Of a DNA stretch of 14,370 nucleotides, positions 1 through 10,567 are shown piece after piece (position 1 is the first letter of the stretch; every line of letters begins with the position of its first letter). The notes beneath the pieces are model-generated. The model did no database searches. It was given only the letters and a program-made list of their open reading frames with translations, and was not told the origin of the DNA. Made by a program: the position numbers and the translations under genes. The stretch is taken from the NCBI RefSeq assembly GCF_006345805.1, contig NW_021825808.1, positions 1-14,370 on the forward strand, written 5' to 3'. Source of the DNA: Octopus sinensis. Lineage: Eukaryota.

Positions 1-109
1 GAAAGGCAAAGTTGACCTCGGCGGAATTTGAACTCAGAATGAAGAGACAGACGAAATACCGCTCAGCATTTCGTCCGGCGCGCTAACGTTTCTGCCAGGT
101 CACCGCCTT
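1..109 (-). mobile_element. tRNA-derived SINE family A, head and start of body (cut by the window edge)
   Basis: Reverse complement reads GGCGGTGACCTGGCAGAAACGTTAG (A-box-like)...GAGTTCAAATTCC (B-box)...GCCGAGGTCAACTTTGCCTTTC. It closely matches the copy at 4758-4866. Confidence 0.88.
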
Positions 110-612
110 CCTTTAGCATTCAGATAATTTATTTGTCCTTGTGTTAAAACCGAAGGCTCGTGGCCTAGTGGTTAGGGTATTAGACTCACGACCTAGCGAT
201 TGTGGGTTCGATTCCCAGACCGAGCAGTGTGTTGTGCTCTTTTCGCGATGCTCCAGTCCACTCCTCTGTAAATGGGTAGCCATGGGAGAGGACTACTTTT
301 TCCGATCAGGAGAAAATGTTGTCCTGCTCACCCAGCTAATAGGGTGGCGTCGTTCGAAAGTCAAAAAGCAATGCAAAGGGCATTGTGACCAGCGATGTGT
401 AACTGCATCCGATTGTCCAACCGGTTACTTTGCCACGTGATGTTTAAAACTAACCAGATCCGGCCTCTCACACTTACCCTATAATGTCAGTCTAAAACTA
501 AACGATCGCAACTACGAAATCTTGAAACTATCAGACAATACAAAATTTATTCAAAACAATGCGAATAAATATAATTACATCTGACAGAATAATCTAAATG
601 GTAAATGGTCAA
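110..612. mobile_element. Decayed MITE (piggyBac-like termini), interrupted by the SINE at 153-441
   Basis: Left end TCCTTTAGCATTCAGATAAT (110-129) matches the reverse complement of the right end, CCATTTACCATTTAGATTAT (589-608), at 15/20. It resembles TTAA-CCCTTTAGCATT MITE termini (recalled). The TTAA sites are not intact. Confidence 0.45.
153..441 (+). mobile_element. tRNA-derived SINE family B (CORE-type), with internal deletion
   Basis: A-box TGGCCTAGTGG (161-171) and B-box GGTTCGATTCC (205-215). Head and TGCTCCAGTCCA motif are shared with the copy at 11722-11900. Candidate TSD TTAAAAC at 144-150 and 444-450. Confidence 0.85.
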
Positions 613-617
613 AAATC

Positions 618-690
618 AGAGGGTGAGATCTGCGGGTGTATTGGTTGCTATATCTAGCGAGCCAGGCGATCACGTAGACGTCCTTTTCCT
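618..690. repeat. Short interspersed repeat fragment related, in inverted orientation, to 6776-6822
   Basis: GGGTG..ATCTG.G.G....TTGGTTGCTATATCTAGCGAG resembles the reverse complement of CTTGCTAGAAATAGTAGCTAAAGTTCTCTCAAATGAAACACCC. Confidence 0.35.
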
Positions 691-1010
691 AAGCTCATGT
701 TAGCACTTTCGGTCTTGTTGCTTCCGCTGTTTCTTTTACTTTCGATGTTGTTGTTGTTGTTGTTGTAGTGGGAGGATTAATTCTAACATTTTTTTTTGTT
801 TTCAATATTCTTTTTGCTTTATTTTTTTTGGTTTGTTTTTTTTTTTTTTTTTTTTTAATTCATTTTAGAAAGTTATTCTGGGATCGAATTGAAGAAATTT
901 CCAATTTCCGCCTGATCAGACAATGTTATTGGTGAAACGTTGGCGTTGTTATTTCAAGCAATTTCCTTCAGTTTTTAGATATCAAGTTATTAACAAACAC
1001 AAGATAAACA

Positions 1011-1013
1011 TGT

Positions 1014-1071
<58 letters not shown>

Positions 1072-1655
1072 ATGCACGCACGCACACACGCACACGCGTA
1101 TATATACAAAACTGTGTATATATATATATATATATATTATATTTATATATCTATACGTATGTGTGTATGTGTGTGGGCCCGATGTGTATGCACAAACACA
1201 CACACACACACACACGCACGCACGAATGCACGCACGCACACACACACACGCGTATATATACAAAACTGTGTATATATATATATATATATTATATTTATAT
1301 ATCTATACGTATGTGTGTGGGCCTGAGTGTGTATGCACAAACACACACATACGCACACATCCATAACGTACATTCACAAACATACATACATACATATATA
1401 CATACTTACATGCATGTGCGTACACACATGCGTGCGTAAATACATATTTGTATGTGTGTGTATATACGTATATATACATGCTCATAGACACAAACACACA
1501 CACACGCCTTGTGCATTCGTAATCACGCGAACGAGTATATAATTAAATAAACTGAAATAAAGAATAATACACACACACACACACACACAAACAAACAAAC
1601 AAACCCAAGCACAAATGGATATACATACATATACATATATATAAAGGTATGTATG

Positions 1656-1686
<31 letters not shown>

Positions 1687-1868
1687 GTATATTATATATA
1701 TACAAATATATGAATCTCTGTGTGTGCGTGCGTACTAATAATGTGATTATGTACGCATATAAATTGATGCACGTGCGCACACACAACATTCCCTGTGCAT
1801 TCACAGACACTCAACGCTGAATAAGGAAATAAATAAATAATCATAATAATAATAATAATAATAATAAT

Positions 1869-1899
<31 letters not shown>

Positions 1900-2345
1900 A
1901 AGAAGGAAAGAAGAGAAGAAGAAGAAAAATGATAATAATAATAATAATGATGATAATAATAATAATAATAATACACACACACAAACATTAAGACAGTTTG
2001 ACGGATACACACACACACACACTCACTCACACATACATACACATTTACATTGACAAACACGCAAAGAAATAATCAGAAATAAAGATGTGAAACACAGATT
2101 CCCACACAGATAATCACTCACATAAACACATACACAAGTATACACACATATATAGAGACTCGCATACACACAAATATAGAAATGAAGCGCACACACAAAT
2201 ACACACACACACACACACACGCACTCAGAAGTACATTGGTAAAGATACAGGTACACACACATACACCTGTACACAGACTTGCAATCGTGCTTAAGTGTAT
2301 AAGTGTAAAAACAGGTGTAAATAACAAGGCAAAACATGTAGACGC
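1011..2345. repeat. Compound microsatellite field: (CA)n, (TA)n, (CAAA)n, (TAA)n, (GAA)n
   Basis: Seen directly, e.g. (CA)n 1019-1069 and (TAA)n/(GAA)n 1843-1972. Confidence 0.95.
1067..1350. repeat. Tandem duplication of a roughly 150-bp complex microsatellite unit (2 copies)
   Basis: GAATGCACGCACGCAC at 1070 and 1224. CAAAACTGTG, ATCTATACGTATG, GGGCC and TATGCACAAAC recur in the same order. Confidence 0.9.
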
Positions 2346-2466
2346 GGATGCAGGCTCGGAGACAGACAGATACACCCACGCATAAATGCGTAAAGGTACA
2401 GATGGGAATGGTTTAGATGCATATAGAGAGACTTCAACATAACCCTGACTACATATAATATTGCAC

Positions 2467-2900
<434 letters not shown>

Positions 2901-3506
2901 AAACACACATGCTCACAGTACACAAATAAATAGACACTAATATAAAGATTCAATACAGACACAAAACACACACACACTCACGGAAATGGCTACGGAAAAG
3001 ATGTACCTTAACGCCAACAACCTACGCTCATTGGCCAACTGCCCAAATGTGACACGAAAGTCTTATTGTGAACTGACGTCTGCCACGCAAACCACACGCA
3101 GGGTAGCAAGAAAAACTTAAATATAAAGTAAAGCTAGAATCATTTTAGTAATTTTTTTTTTTTCTAATTAAAATTTTTTCCTACTTTTCTTTAATTTTAC
3201 AAATTTTTTGTTAAATATTTTCAATATCAAGCATGGAAAATATTTTCTTTCATTTGAGAATTTCAATCTCTTTCAAACCGACTCATGTGGACAATATTCA
3301 CGAATGAAAAGGTGAAAGCTAGACGCCATCTTAGATAAACATTTCTTAACAATGCACCACATGGTCGTGTTGAAGTTTGATTATAGGGGAGACGAACAGC
3401 AACGACACACCGACCGCTTCAGCTACATATAATTGTACTCTGCTCTAGGTATTGGGTTCATCTCTCTCTCTCTTTTTCTGAAGGAAAATTTATCTACCAC
3501 TACATT

Positions 3507-3549
3507 AGATAGATAGACAGACAGATACATACATACATACATACATACA

Positions 3550-3636
<87 letters not shown>

Positions 3637-3694
3637 GCGTGTGTATATATACATGTGCATACGCACACATATCTATATATATATAGAGAGAGAG
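3507..3694. repeat. (GATA)/(TACA)/(TA)n microsatellite
   Basis: Seen directly. Confidence 0.95.
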
Positions 3695-3695
3695 G

Positions 3696-3860
3696 GGTGT
3701 GTAGGCGTGACTGTGTAGTAAGAAGCTTGCTTCCCAACCATATCGTTCCTGGTTCAGTCCCACAGCGTGGGACCTTGGACATGTGTCTTCTATTATAGCC
3801 TCGGACCGACCGGAGCCTTGTGAGTGAATTTGGTAGATGGAAACTGAAAGAAGCCCGTCG
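3696..3860 (+). mobile_element. tRNA-derived SINE family C (CORE-like), ending in a (TA)(TG) tract
   Basis: A-box-like TGACTGTGTAGTAAG and B-box-like GGTTCAGTCCC, then CORE-like GGACCTTGGACATGTGTCTTC and ...GGAAACTGAAAGAAGCCCGTCG. Confidence 0.75.
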
Positions 3861-4124
3861 TATATATGTGTGTGTGTGGAGAGAGAGAAGGAAAGATAAT
3901 ATATATTTATTTTAATCTGTTTTATGTTGAGTTATAATAAAACAAGACTCTAGTTTTAAAAAAAAAAAAAAGACTTTAATTTAAAGTTAAACCGAACACT
4001 TACTCAATACACATTTTTGAAGAATTCATACACTTTTACAAAAAGAACGGTAACGGTGCTTCAAAGTTTCAGACTGCTAACCTTCGTCGAACAGTCCGAC
4101 GTAAGCTAATAGGCCGACAGTATA

Positions 4125-4290
4125 CAGCAGAGAACATAGCACGCTGTGCAATAATAATTTCTCAATGCAAAGTTATCTAAGTAAAGCCAAGAACTATCAT
4201 ATTAATTACTAACGCGACAAATAACATAAACATGAAAGTGGAGCTATTGTCTAAGTGTCGTCATGCAAAAAAGTTTTCTCTGCACATTGA
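4125..4290 (+). pseudogene. Decayed Penelope-like element, GIY-YIG endonuclease C-terminus
   Basis: 4226-4282 translates INMKVELLSKCRHAKKFSL, matching the LNKRSELxSKCRHxxKF C-terminal motif of Penelope-like GIY-YIG domains. The upstream part is frameshifted. Confidence 0.6.
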
Positions 4291-4579
4291 GCATATGAGC
4301 GGGTGTTGAGCTATGGATGGGTTCAGCGCGCTGTGTTCTGCTTCTGAAATTGATTGTGGAAACTTTTATTGGTGGAAATAGTTCTCTTTTGTTGTGTCAT
4401 CAAACTGAATCTTCAGCGTACCATCACATGTCGTTGAATGCTTGCGTGATAACTCCGTATATTGCGAACTTTTCTATACTTATTATTTATCTACCTTCTG
4501 AAGGTCAGTGTCTAGATGCACTGTCTCTGGGGAAAAACAGAATGATTATGTCCAAGTTTTTAAAATAGGGTATAGATAA

Positions 4580-4920
4580 GGTACTGTAGTTAAGACATTC
4601 GCTTTACAACTAAGTTATTTTAAGTTCGATTCTTATTTCTTTATTACCCACAAGGGGCTAAACACAAAAGGGACAAACAAGGACAGACAAACGGATTAAG
4701 TCGATTACATCGACCCCAGTGCGTAACTGGTACTTAATTTATCGACCCCAAAAGGATGAAAAGCAAAGTCGACCTCGGCGGAATTTGAACTCAGAACGTA
4801 GCGGCAGACGAAATACCGCTAAGCATTTTGCCTGGCGTGCTAACGTTTCTGCGAACTCACCGCCTTTTCAGTTTGATCATACTGCACGGCCCTTTGGATA
4901 AATGTTTTCTGCCATTGGTA
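4580..4920 (+). mobile_element. Old SINE family C copy split by the family A insertion
   Basis: The left piece TGTAGTTAAGACATTCGCTTTACAACTAAG...GTTCGAT and the right piece GTTTGATCATACTGCACGGCCCTTTGGATAAATGTTTTCTGCCAT join into a degenerate version of 3710-3795. Confidence 0.5.
4631..4866 (-). mobile_element. Full-length tRNA-derived SINE family A
   Basis: Minus strand: head GGCGGTGAG...GAGTTCAAATTCCGCC, body GTCGACTTTGCTTTTCATCCTTTTGGGGTCGATAAATTAAGTACCAG, A-rich tail AATAAAGAAATAAGA. Imperfect TSD at 4618-4630 / 4865-4877. Confidence 0.9.
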
Positions 4921-5777
4921 CATAGAAACTGTGAGGAAGCCGTAAAGAAAGAGACTGTCCTTGGTTTGGGATGAAAAACTTAATACGCCACTCAGTTTTA
5001 CAAAACCACCCGGCATGTGAACGACTTTAGAAGAATCCATTCTTTTGCTAGAATTTTATGATAGATCTCCGGTTAAAGAATTTTTTTCCACCTTCAGCCT
5101 TGGAGGCCTCGAACGATATTATGCGCGCTCACTTCCCCACTCTGTAAAAGTCATAAAATATTAAAGCTTGGTTTCAATAACAACAACAACAACAATAGGC
5201 GCCGTTATCACTTTTGTCATTACTATCACCACAACCTTAACCACTAACACCTACCACCTACCAACTACTGCCTAACAGTATTCTGTTCTCAATGCCACAA
5301 CCAAACTTCTTTCCGACAGAAAGTTAATTCCAAGTACTGTAATAATGGATATGATTCGGGTGAAATGTTATAACCTTGCCCACCCGAATACAGATCTTTA
5401 TCTCACTAAAAGTATTGGGTTTTCTAACTACAACCCTTCTAAACCGAATCTTCTCGTATCAACGGATTCAATTTTTTTTTTCATCCGACAGATGTTAGTA
5501 AATTAAATCTTATCGATCCGTTTCAGCAAAGCAGGAACGCAGGGGAACGTGGGTATAACATCACTTCGATCTCATTAATCTATCTCAGTTATCTTTTTCT
5601 GACCTTGAATAAAAGCGAAGCCTTTCTCGAAGACAGCGAAACTTAATGCCAAAGACACGATGAAACGGGTAATGCGTAAAAGTCAATCAGTCTATCGATA
5701 TATCAGCTAAGAATGGACATCGATGCGGCGGCGCGGTTTTTGTTAAATTATTAAGTTACTAATATTAGCCATTAGTG

Positions 5778-6128
5778 ATGGTGCTTGGCTTAACGGTTAG
5801 GACGTTGTTCTTACGATCGCGGTTTCAATTCCTGACCAGGCTGGTGCGTTTGTTTTCTTGAGCAAGACACTTCATCTCACTTTGCTTTGCGATCCCTTTG
5901 CGATACCTGGCGTGTGGGTTCACCGTGCACCTGTTCAGGTAACGTCGAGTTGATGGAGAGAATGACCTAATGCACGGCACATGCATTTGATCCTAAGAAC
6001 CAAATTATTTGTGCAAAAACCGGCAAAACCGTCATTCTCGGACTACGGGAAACTATCATCATCATCATCATCATCATCACACACATCATCATAATCATCA
6101 TCACAATCATCATCATCATCATCATCAT
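5778..6128 (+). mobile_element. SINE family B copy with a distinct 3' half and an adjoining (ATC)n tract
   Basis: A-box TGGCTTAACGG (5786-5796), B-box-like GGTTTCAATTCC (5821-5832), CORE motif TCTTGAGCAAGACACTT (5857-5873), (ATC)n at 6055-6128. Confidence 0.75.
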
Positions 6129-6289
6129 TATAGACAACGCCCTCACAATCATGATCACCGTCACCCTAGATATTAGCTGTTAATGGAAATAATTCCTTCG
6201 TCGGTTTCGACGATGAGCATTTAGTGGGTCACTCGACTGAATTATCACCTACTTGTTAAATTAGAATGTCAAGTGGATGGGAAATTCTG

Positions 6290-6476
6290 CTGGTGCTACT
6301 GACGGTGCCAGTAGTGGTGGTAGTGATCGAGGTGGTGCTATTGGTTGTTGTGGTGATGGTAGTGTTGATGGTGGTGGAGTTGAAGATGCTGCTGGTACTG
6401 CTGCTGCTGCCTGGTGTAATGGCGTTGGCAGTAGTGGTAGTAGCGACGGTGGTGGTGGTGGTGGTGGTGGTGGTGG
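6290..6476. repeat. Degenerate (GGT/GCT/AGT)n trinucleotide tract
   Basis: Seen directly. It gives the poly-V and poly-G pseudo-ORFs. Confidence 0.85.
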
Positions 6477-6499
6477 GAGACAGAATCCAACTTTTTCAG

Positions 6500-6600
6500 C
6501 ACCGATACTTCAATCAGTTCTTATCGATCACCGAGAGATGAAAAAAAAACACGCATTAATCGATCTCTGACAGATTTAAAATTCAAAACGAAGTTCGAAG
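6500..6600 (-). mobile_element. Heavily decayed family-A-like SINE body
   Basis: TTATCGATCACCGAGAGATGAAAA...ATCGATCTCTGACAGATTTAAAATTCAAAACG aligns loosely with TTATCGACCCCAAAAGGATGAAAA...GTCGACCTCGGCGGAATTTGAACTCAGAACG (4739-4798). Confidence 0.45.
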
Positions 6601-7059
6601 GAAAGCTTAGAACAACACCAGGTATTTACCCAACACTATACAGATTCCACCCCTAAGCCCCCAGATCCACCCGGCTTGGATTTGAATAAATAGAAGAATA
6701 GAAAGAGAACAAAAGTAGGCTTTTACTAGTAACACGACCGAGTACATGGACACACCAGCCTTTACTTGCTTGTTCAACTTGCTAGAAATAGTAGCTAAAG
6801 TTCTCTCAAATGAAACACCCTGTAGTAATTTTTAAAAGAATACATTGAACAATATTGGCTTAAATATACAAGAATGGACTGTCGCGGCTGGAACGCTTTT
6901 GATCCTGGATATTTGCTATGGGGGACTTATAAATTATCGGTGAAGAAAATGGCGTTTGAAATATTTGCTAAAATTCGTCAGAGATTCCTTCCGTTCCTAC
7001 TCAGACTTTCAGGTTACATCCAGTTGTTGAGGTTTGGAGGTGAAGGAAGTACCTTTTTC

Positions 7060-7412
7060 CATATGTATGTGTGAATGTGACTATGTGCATGAATAAAACT
7101 CATGTTTCACGAGGTTTACTAAAAATCCCCTTAAACAAGGTGTCTCGCATCTTAATGTGTCCATTCAGGCACTCAGAACGGCAACTCACCACATCACTCT
7201 ACAAATACATCTGGAGATTAACAAATGATAATTCCAATTATAAAATCAATTGTTCCGTTATAGAACACATTTCCGTCTATATTCATAGATCCAGACCACT
7301 CTGTCTCTATCTCTTTCTGGAGAATCACATTCAATTACAGACACACTGCTTTCAATTTTGTACAAACGATATGAATAAGTAAGTTCTTGCAGACACTTCA
7401 TTATTTACAAAA
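7060..7412 (+). pseudogene. Decayed Penelope-like retrotransposon GIY-YIG endonuclease domain
   Basis: Across frameshifts it reads I(C)MCE-VT...G(L)TKNPLKQ...FRHSERQLTTSLYKYIWRLTNDNSNYKINCSVIE (from 7164)...LCLYLFLENHI...LYKRYE*VSSCRHF (7358-7399). This is colinear with the IYxCxV..YxGxT..FKxR..FRH..TxLSKYIW..CLxEK..LNKRxELxSxCRH pattern. It contains a stop and frameshifts. Confidence 0.8.
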
Positions 7413-7841
7413 GAAAGCGCAGTTAAAACTGCCCAAAATATTCTATTTCTCACGTAATAGATTTTGGATGGGAGACGGAGATATCATTTGAAAAGCGTAC
7501 AAATATTAATCAACATTGATGCACCATTTAACAACAGTTACCGCCCTTGCTCACGTCTGCTGAAGCTATGAAAATGTCGTTTGTGTGCATGAATAGATGA
7601 ATATGTCACACGTTTGGCAAATTAAAATTGAAAACATGAAAGTTTCACACATTTTCTAATGATTTATTCGACAAACAAGGGGAAATAAAAGTCAGGCTGT
7701 TTTCAAAGTAAACTTTAGCAATCTTTAATCTTCGTTCTGTTACAGACTTCACCACGTTTAACAATGCAACATCGCTAAGATTTCGATGAAAATGAGAAAC
7801 AGACAGAAATGCCAATGTGTGAATGTATATTGATATACACA

Positions 7842-7891
7842 TATATGTATGTGTACGTGTGTATATGCATGTATGTATTCAGGTATTGCAG

Positions 7892-7940
<49 letters not shown>

Positions 7941-7980
7941 TGTATGTATGTATGTATGTATATATATATATATATATATA
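7842..7980. repeat. (TA)n/(TATG)n microsatellite
   Basis: Seen directly. Confidence 0.95.
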
Positions 7981-8202
7981 TTAGGTTGGTGCATGATCAT
8001 TGCAGCTTTTTTCAATAAATTTGATTCAACAAAAATAATACATGCTTTTAACAAAAGCATCTTTAAATGATTATTCCGAACAATAAAGAATATTCACCAT
8101 CTACTTCAATTTCTGCTTGGCGTTTTGTTTAAATTGGCGTTTTCTTAAATTTTTTGTTGAATAGATTTTATTGAAGAACAACGGCAATAATTATGGACCA
8201 GC

Positions 8203-8206
<4 letters not shown>
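7981..8206 (-). mobile_element. Mariner-derived MITE (226 bp) with roughly 55-bp TIRs
   Basis: TTAGGTTGGTGCATGATCATTGCAGC... (7981-8036) matches the reverse complement of 8152-8206, TTAGGCTGGTCCATAATTATTGCCGT..., at 23/30 over the outer 30 bp. It is flanked by TA. Minus strand 8090-8110 encodes IEVDGEY, like a mariner transposase C-terminus. Confidence 0.88.
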
Positions 8207-8240
<34 letters not shown>

Positions 8241-8244
<4 letters not shown>

Positions 8245-9000
8245 ACAAAATGGGACAAAAACGCAAAACATCCAGACAGTTAGGTGATACAAAAAAGGGA
8301 CAACAAAACATCCAGATACACGATACAAAGAAAACAAGGACGGGTAATTCGGAATTTTCTTTCCTCAGTCGAATTCTAGATTATCTTTGCAATTTTAGCA
8401 GATTATACTCGAGATTGCTCCAATCTGGCCAGCCCCAAGCAAAAACTAAGCTAAGAGCATTAGATACCTTGGAAGAAAGCAGTGAATGTGTACGAAAACG
8501 AGGACGGAATAAACGGAGAATGTTACACAAATACAAATAACAGGACATAACAACAGGTGTCTTACGACTAAGGACGAATTAAAATAAACTGAGGTGTGTG
8601 GAAATATAGCCTTACGGCAGGGGTACATCAGGCTTGTTTGGTGAAAAGGGTGATTTCTGGACACCTGCAGAACGAAAATGAGACCCGTCAAAAGGCGGGA
8701 AAACTACTGTGTAGTCAACGACCAATTCAACAAGTACCTTGTCGCGGTAAACTGCCTGTGTGCTCCATTGACCTGGAGATCTATGCTTGAGAGAGAAAAA
8801 TCTTCAGGCAGGTCTTACCAAGCCAGAAAGGTCGACGGGAAGGAGACATACAAAACCTTAGCGGCAATAAATCGAAACATCGCCAGCAGGGCGTGGATTT
8901 AGTTATCGGCAGGACCTTAACAGATCAGATTCCTGGATTTGAACTAGCAGGATATCACGCAGAGGATCTTGAATACGAGACAATGGACGAAACCCTAATA
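8241..9000 (-). mobile_element. Non-coding interspersed repeat (probably Penelope-like-derived) inserted in (TA)n
   Basis: A 760-bp complex-sequence island bounded by (TA)n on both sides. It has internal 40-bp-period repeats (CAAAACATCCAGA at 8264 and 8304), a hammerhead-like motif, and no recognisable ORF. The class is inferred. Confidence 0.55.
8362..8428 (-). ncRNA. Candidate non-circularly permuted hammerhead ribozyme, core mutated (G12 to A)
   Basis: Minus strand: GCAAU-C-UCGAGU, 10 nt, AAA-AUUGC, 14 nt, AUUCGA-CUGAGGA. Stem III is 5 bp and stem I is 6 bp, both in exact register. The cleavage triplet is AUC. Confidence 0.5.
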
Positions 9001-9006
9001 TTCCTG

Positions 9007-9012
9007 TATATT

Positions 9013-9095
<83 letters not shown>

Positions 9096-9152
9096 ATGTA
9101 TATATATGTATGTTAATATACATATATGTATATATATATATACATATATATA

Positions 9153-9196
<44 letters not shown>

Positions 9197-9432
9197 ATAT
9201 AATATGCATATGTATAATTAATACCATATATTATATATGTATATATTAATATATATATATATGTTAATATATACGTATATATTCATATAATATATATATG
9301 TATATATTAATATATATATATATATATATAATATATATATATATTATATATTATATGTATGTGTATATATGTATGTATATGCATATATACTATATATATC
9401 ATATATATGTATATATATATATATATATACGT

Positions 9433-9462
<30 letters not shown>
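9007..9462. repeat. Long degenerate (TA)n tract
   Basis: Seen directly. Confidence 0.97.
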
Positions 9463-9463
<1 letters not shown>

Positions 9464-9889
9464 GTAGTCATCGTATAGATGTCGTATTCGAGTGTGAACA
9501 GTTTATTTAAGAAATTCAGCCTCGGCAGGGAATAAGTAAATCAAAATCAATAATTAAGCAGGAAAGAATAGTCAAGAAATATCTCACGAGGAGAACATGA
9601 AGAGATTAAGAGATCGGTGCATTTTGTGATCTATAAAATCAAAACCTTCTGTTCATAAATACGAAGAGAAATACATACATATATTAATACATACATATAT
9701 GTGTGCGTGCATGCGTGTGTGTGGTGTGTGTGTGTGTGTCTAGTAGCAGCATTGTTAAGTATAAACGGATTCCTGATGAAGGAGCGGTGTGAAAACCTAT
9801 AAATTAGCAGTTTGCATCTGAAGCAGACAGTTGCCTTTGGCTAGCTTTGAGTGGATGAAATATCAAGGAAGCCGGATAACGATGACGAT

Positions 9890-10139
9890 CATAATAATAA
9901 TAATGATATTAATGATATTAATAATGATATTAATAATAATAATAATGATAATAATAATAAATAATAATGATATTAATAATAATAATAATGATAATAATAA
10001 TAAATAATAATGATATTAATAATAATAATAATGATAATAATAATAAATAATAATGATATTAATAATAATAATAATGATAATAATAATAATAATAATAATA
10101 ACAACAACAATAATAATAATAATGATAATAATAATTATA

Positions 10140-10170
<31 letters not shown>

Positions 10171-10503
10171 TGATATTAATAATATAATAATAATAATAAT
10201 AATAATAATAAGATATTAATAATAATAATAATGATATTAATAATAATATTATATTAATAATAATAATGATGATATTAATAATATAATAATAATAATAATA
10301 TAACAATAATAATGATTTAATAATGATATTAATAATAATAATATAATAATAATAATAATAATAACAACCACAATAATATCTAATAATAATATGATATTAA
10401 TAATAATAATAATATAATAATAATAATAATAATCATAATAAAATAATAATAATAATAATAATAACAACAAAACAATAAATCATAATAATAATAATGATAT
10501 ATA

Positions 10504-10566
<63 letters not shown>
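9890..10566. repeat. (AAT)n microsatellite with a 43-bp higher-order repeat
   Basis: Unit ATAATAATGATATTAATAATAATAATAATGATAATAATAATAA at 9961, 10004 and 10047, with a partial copy at 9921. Confidence 0.95.

Positions 10567-10567
<1 letters not shown>

Noticed and set aside
155-225. Possible tRNA genes here and at the other A-box/B-box sites
   Set aside because: There is no clean cloverleaf, and each continues into SINE body sequence.
835-940. Poly-T tract plus TAG (866-868) as a splice acceptor for a KLFWDRIEEISNFRLIRQCYW exon
   Set aside because: The donor (GTGAAA) is weak, all frames stop quickly, and the peptide is not recognisable.
5354-5389. 9-bp perfect inverted repeat ATTCGGGTG/CACCCGAAT
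   Set aside because: An isolated hairpin with no context, compatible with chance.
6266-6570. Gly-rich and Val-rich ORFs resembling a structural or membrane protein
   Set aside because: They come from a degenerate (GGT)n tract running into a decayed SINE, with no splice or homology support.
8193-8902. ORFs within the 8.2-9.0 kb island
   Set aside because: They are short and overlapping, with no recognisable RT, endonuclease or transposase motifs.
9766-9874. CTGATGA at 9773-9779 with GAAA at 9791 and 9857 and an inverted pair CGGATTCC/GGAAGCCG
   Set aside because: No proper stem II and no UH in register. At most an eroded hammerhead relic.
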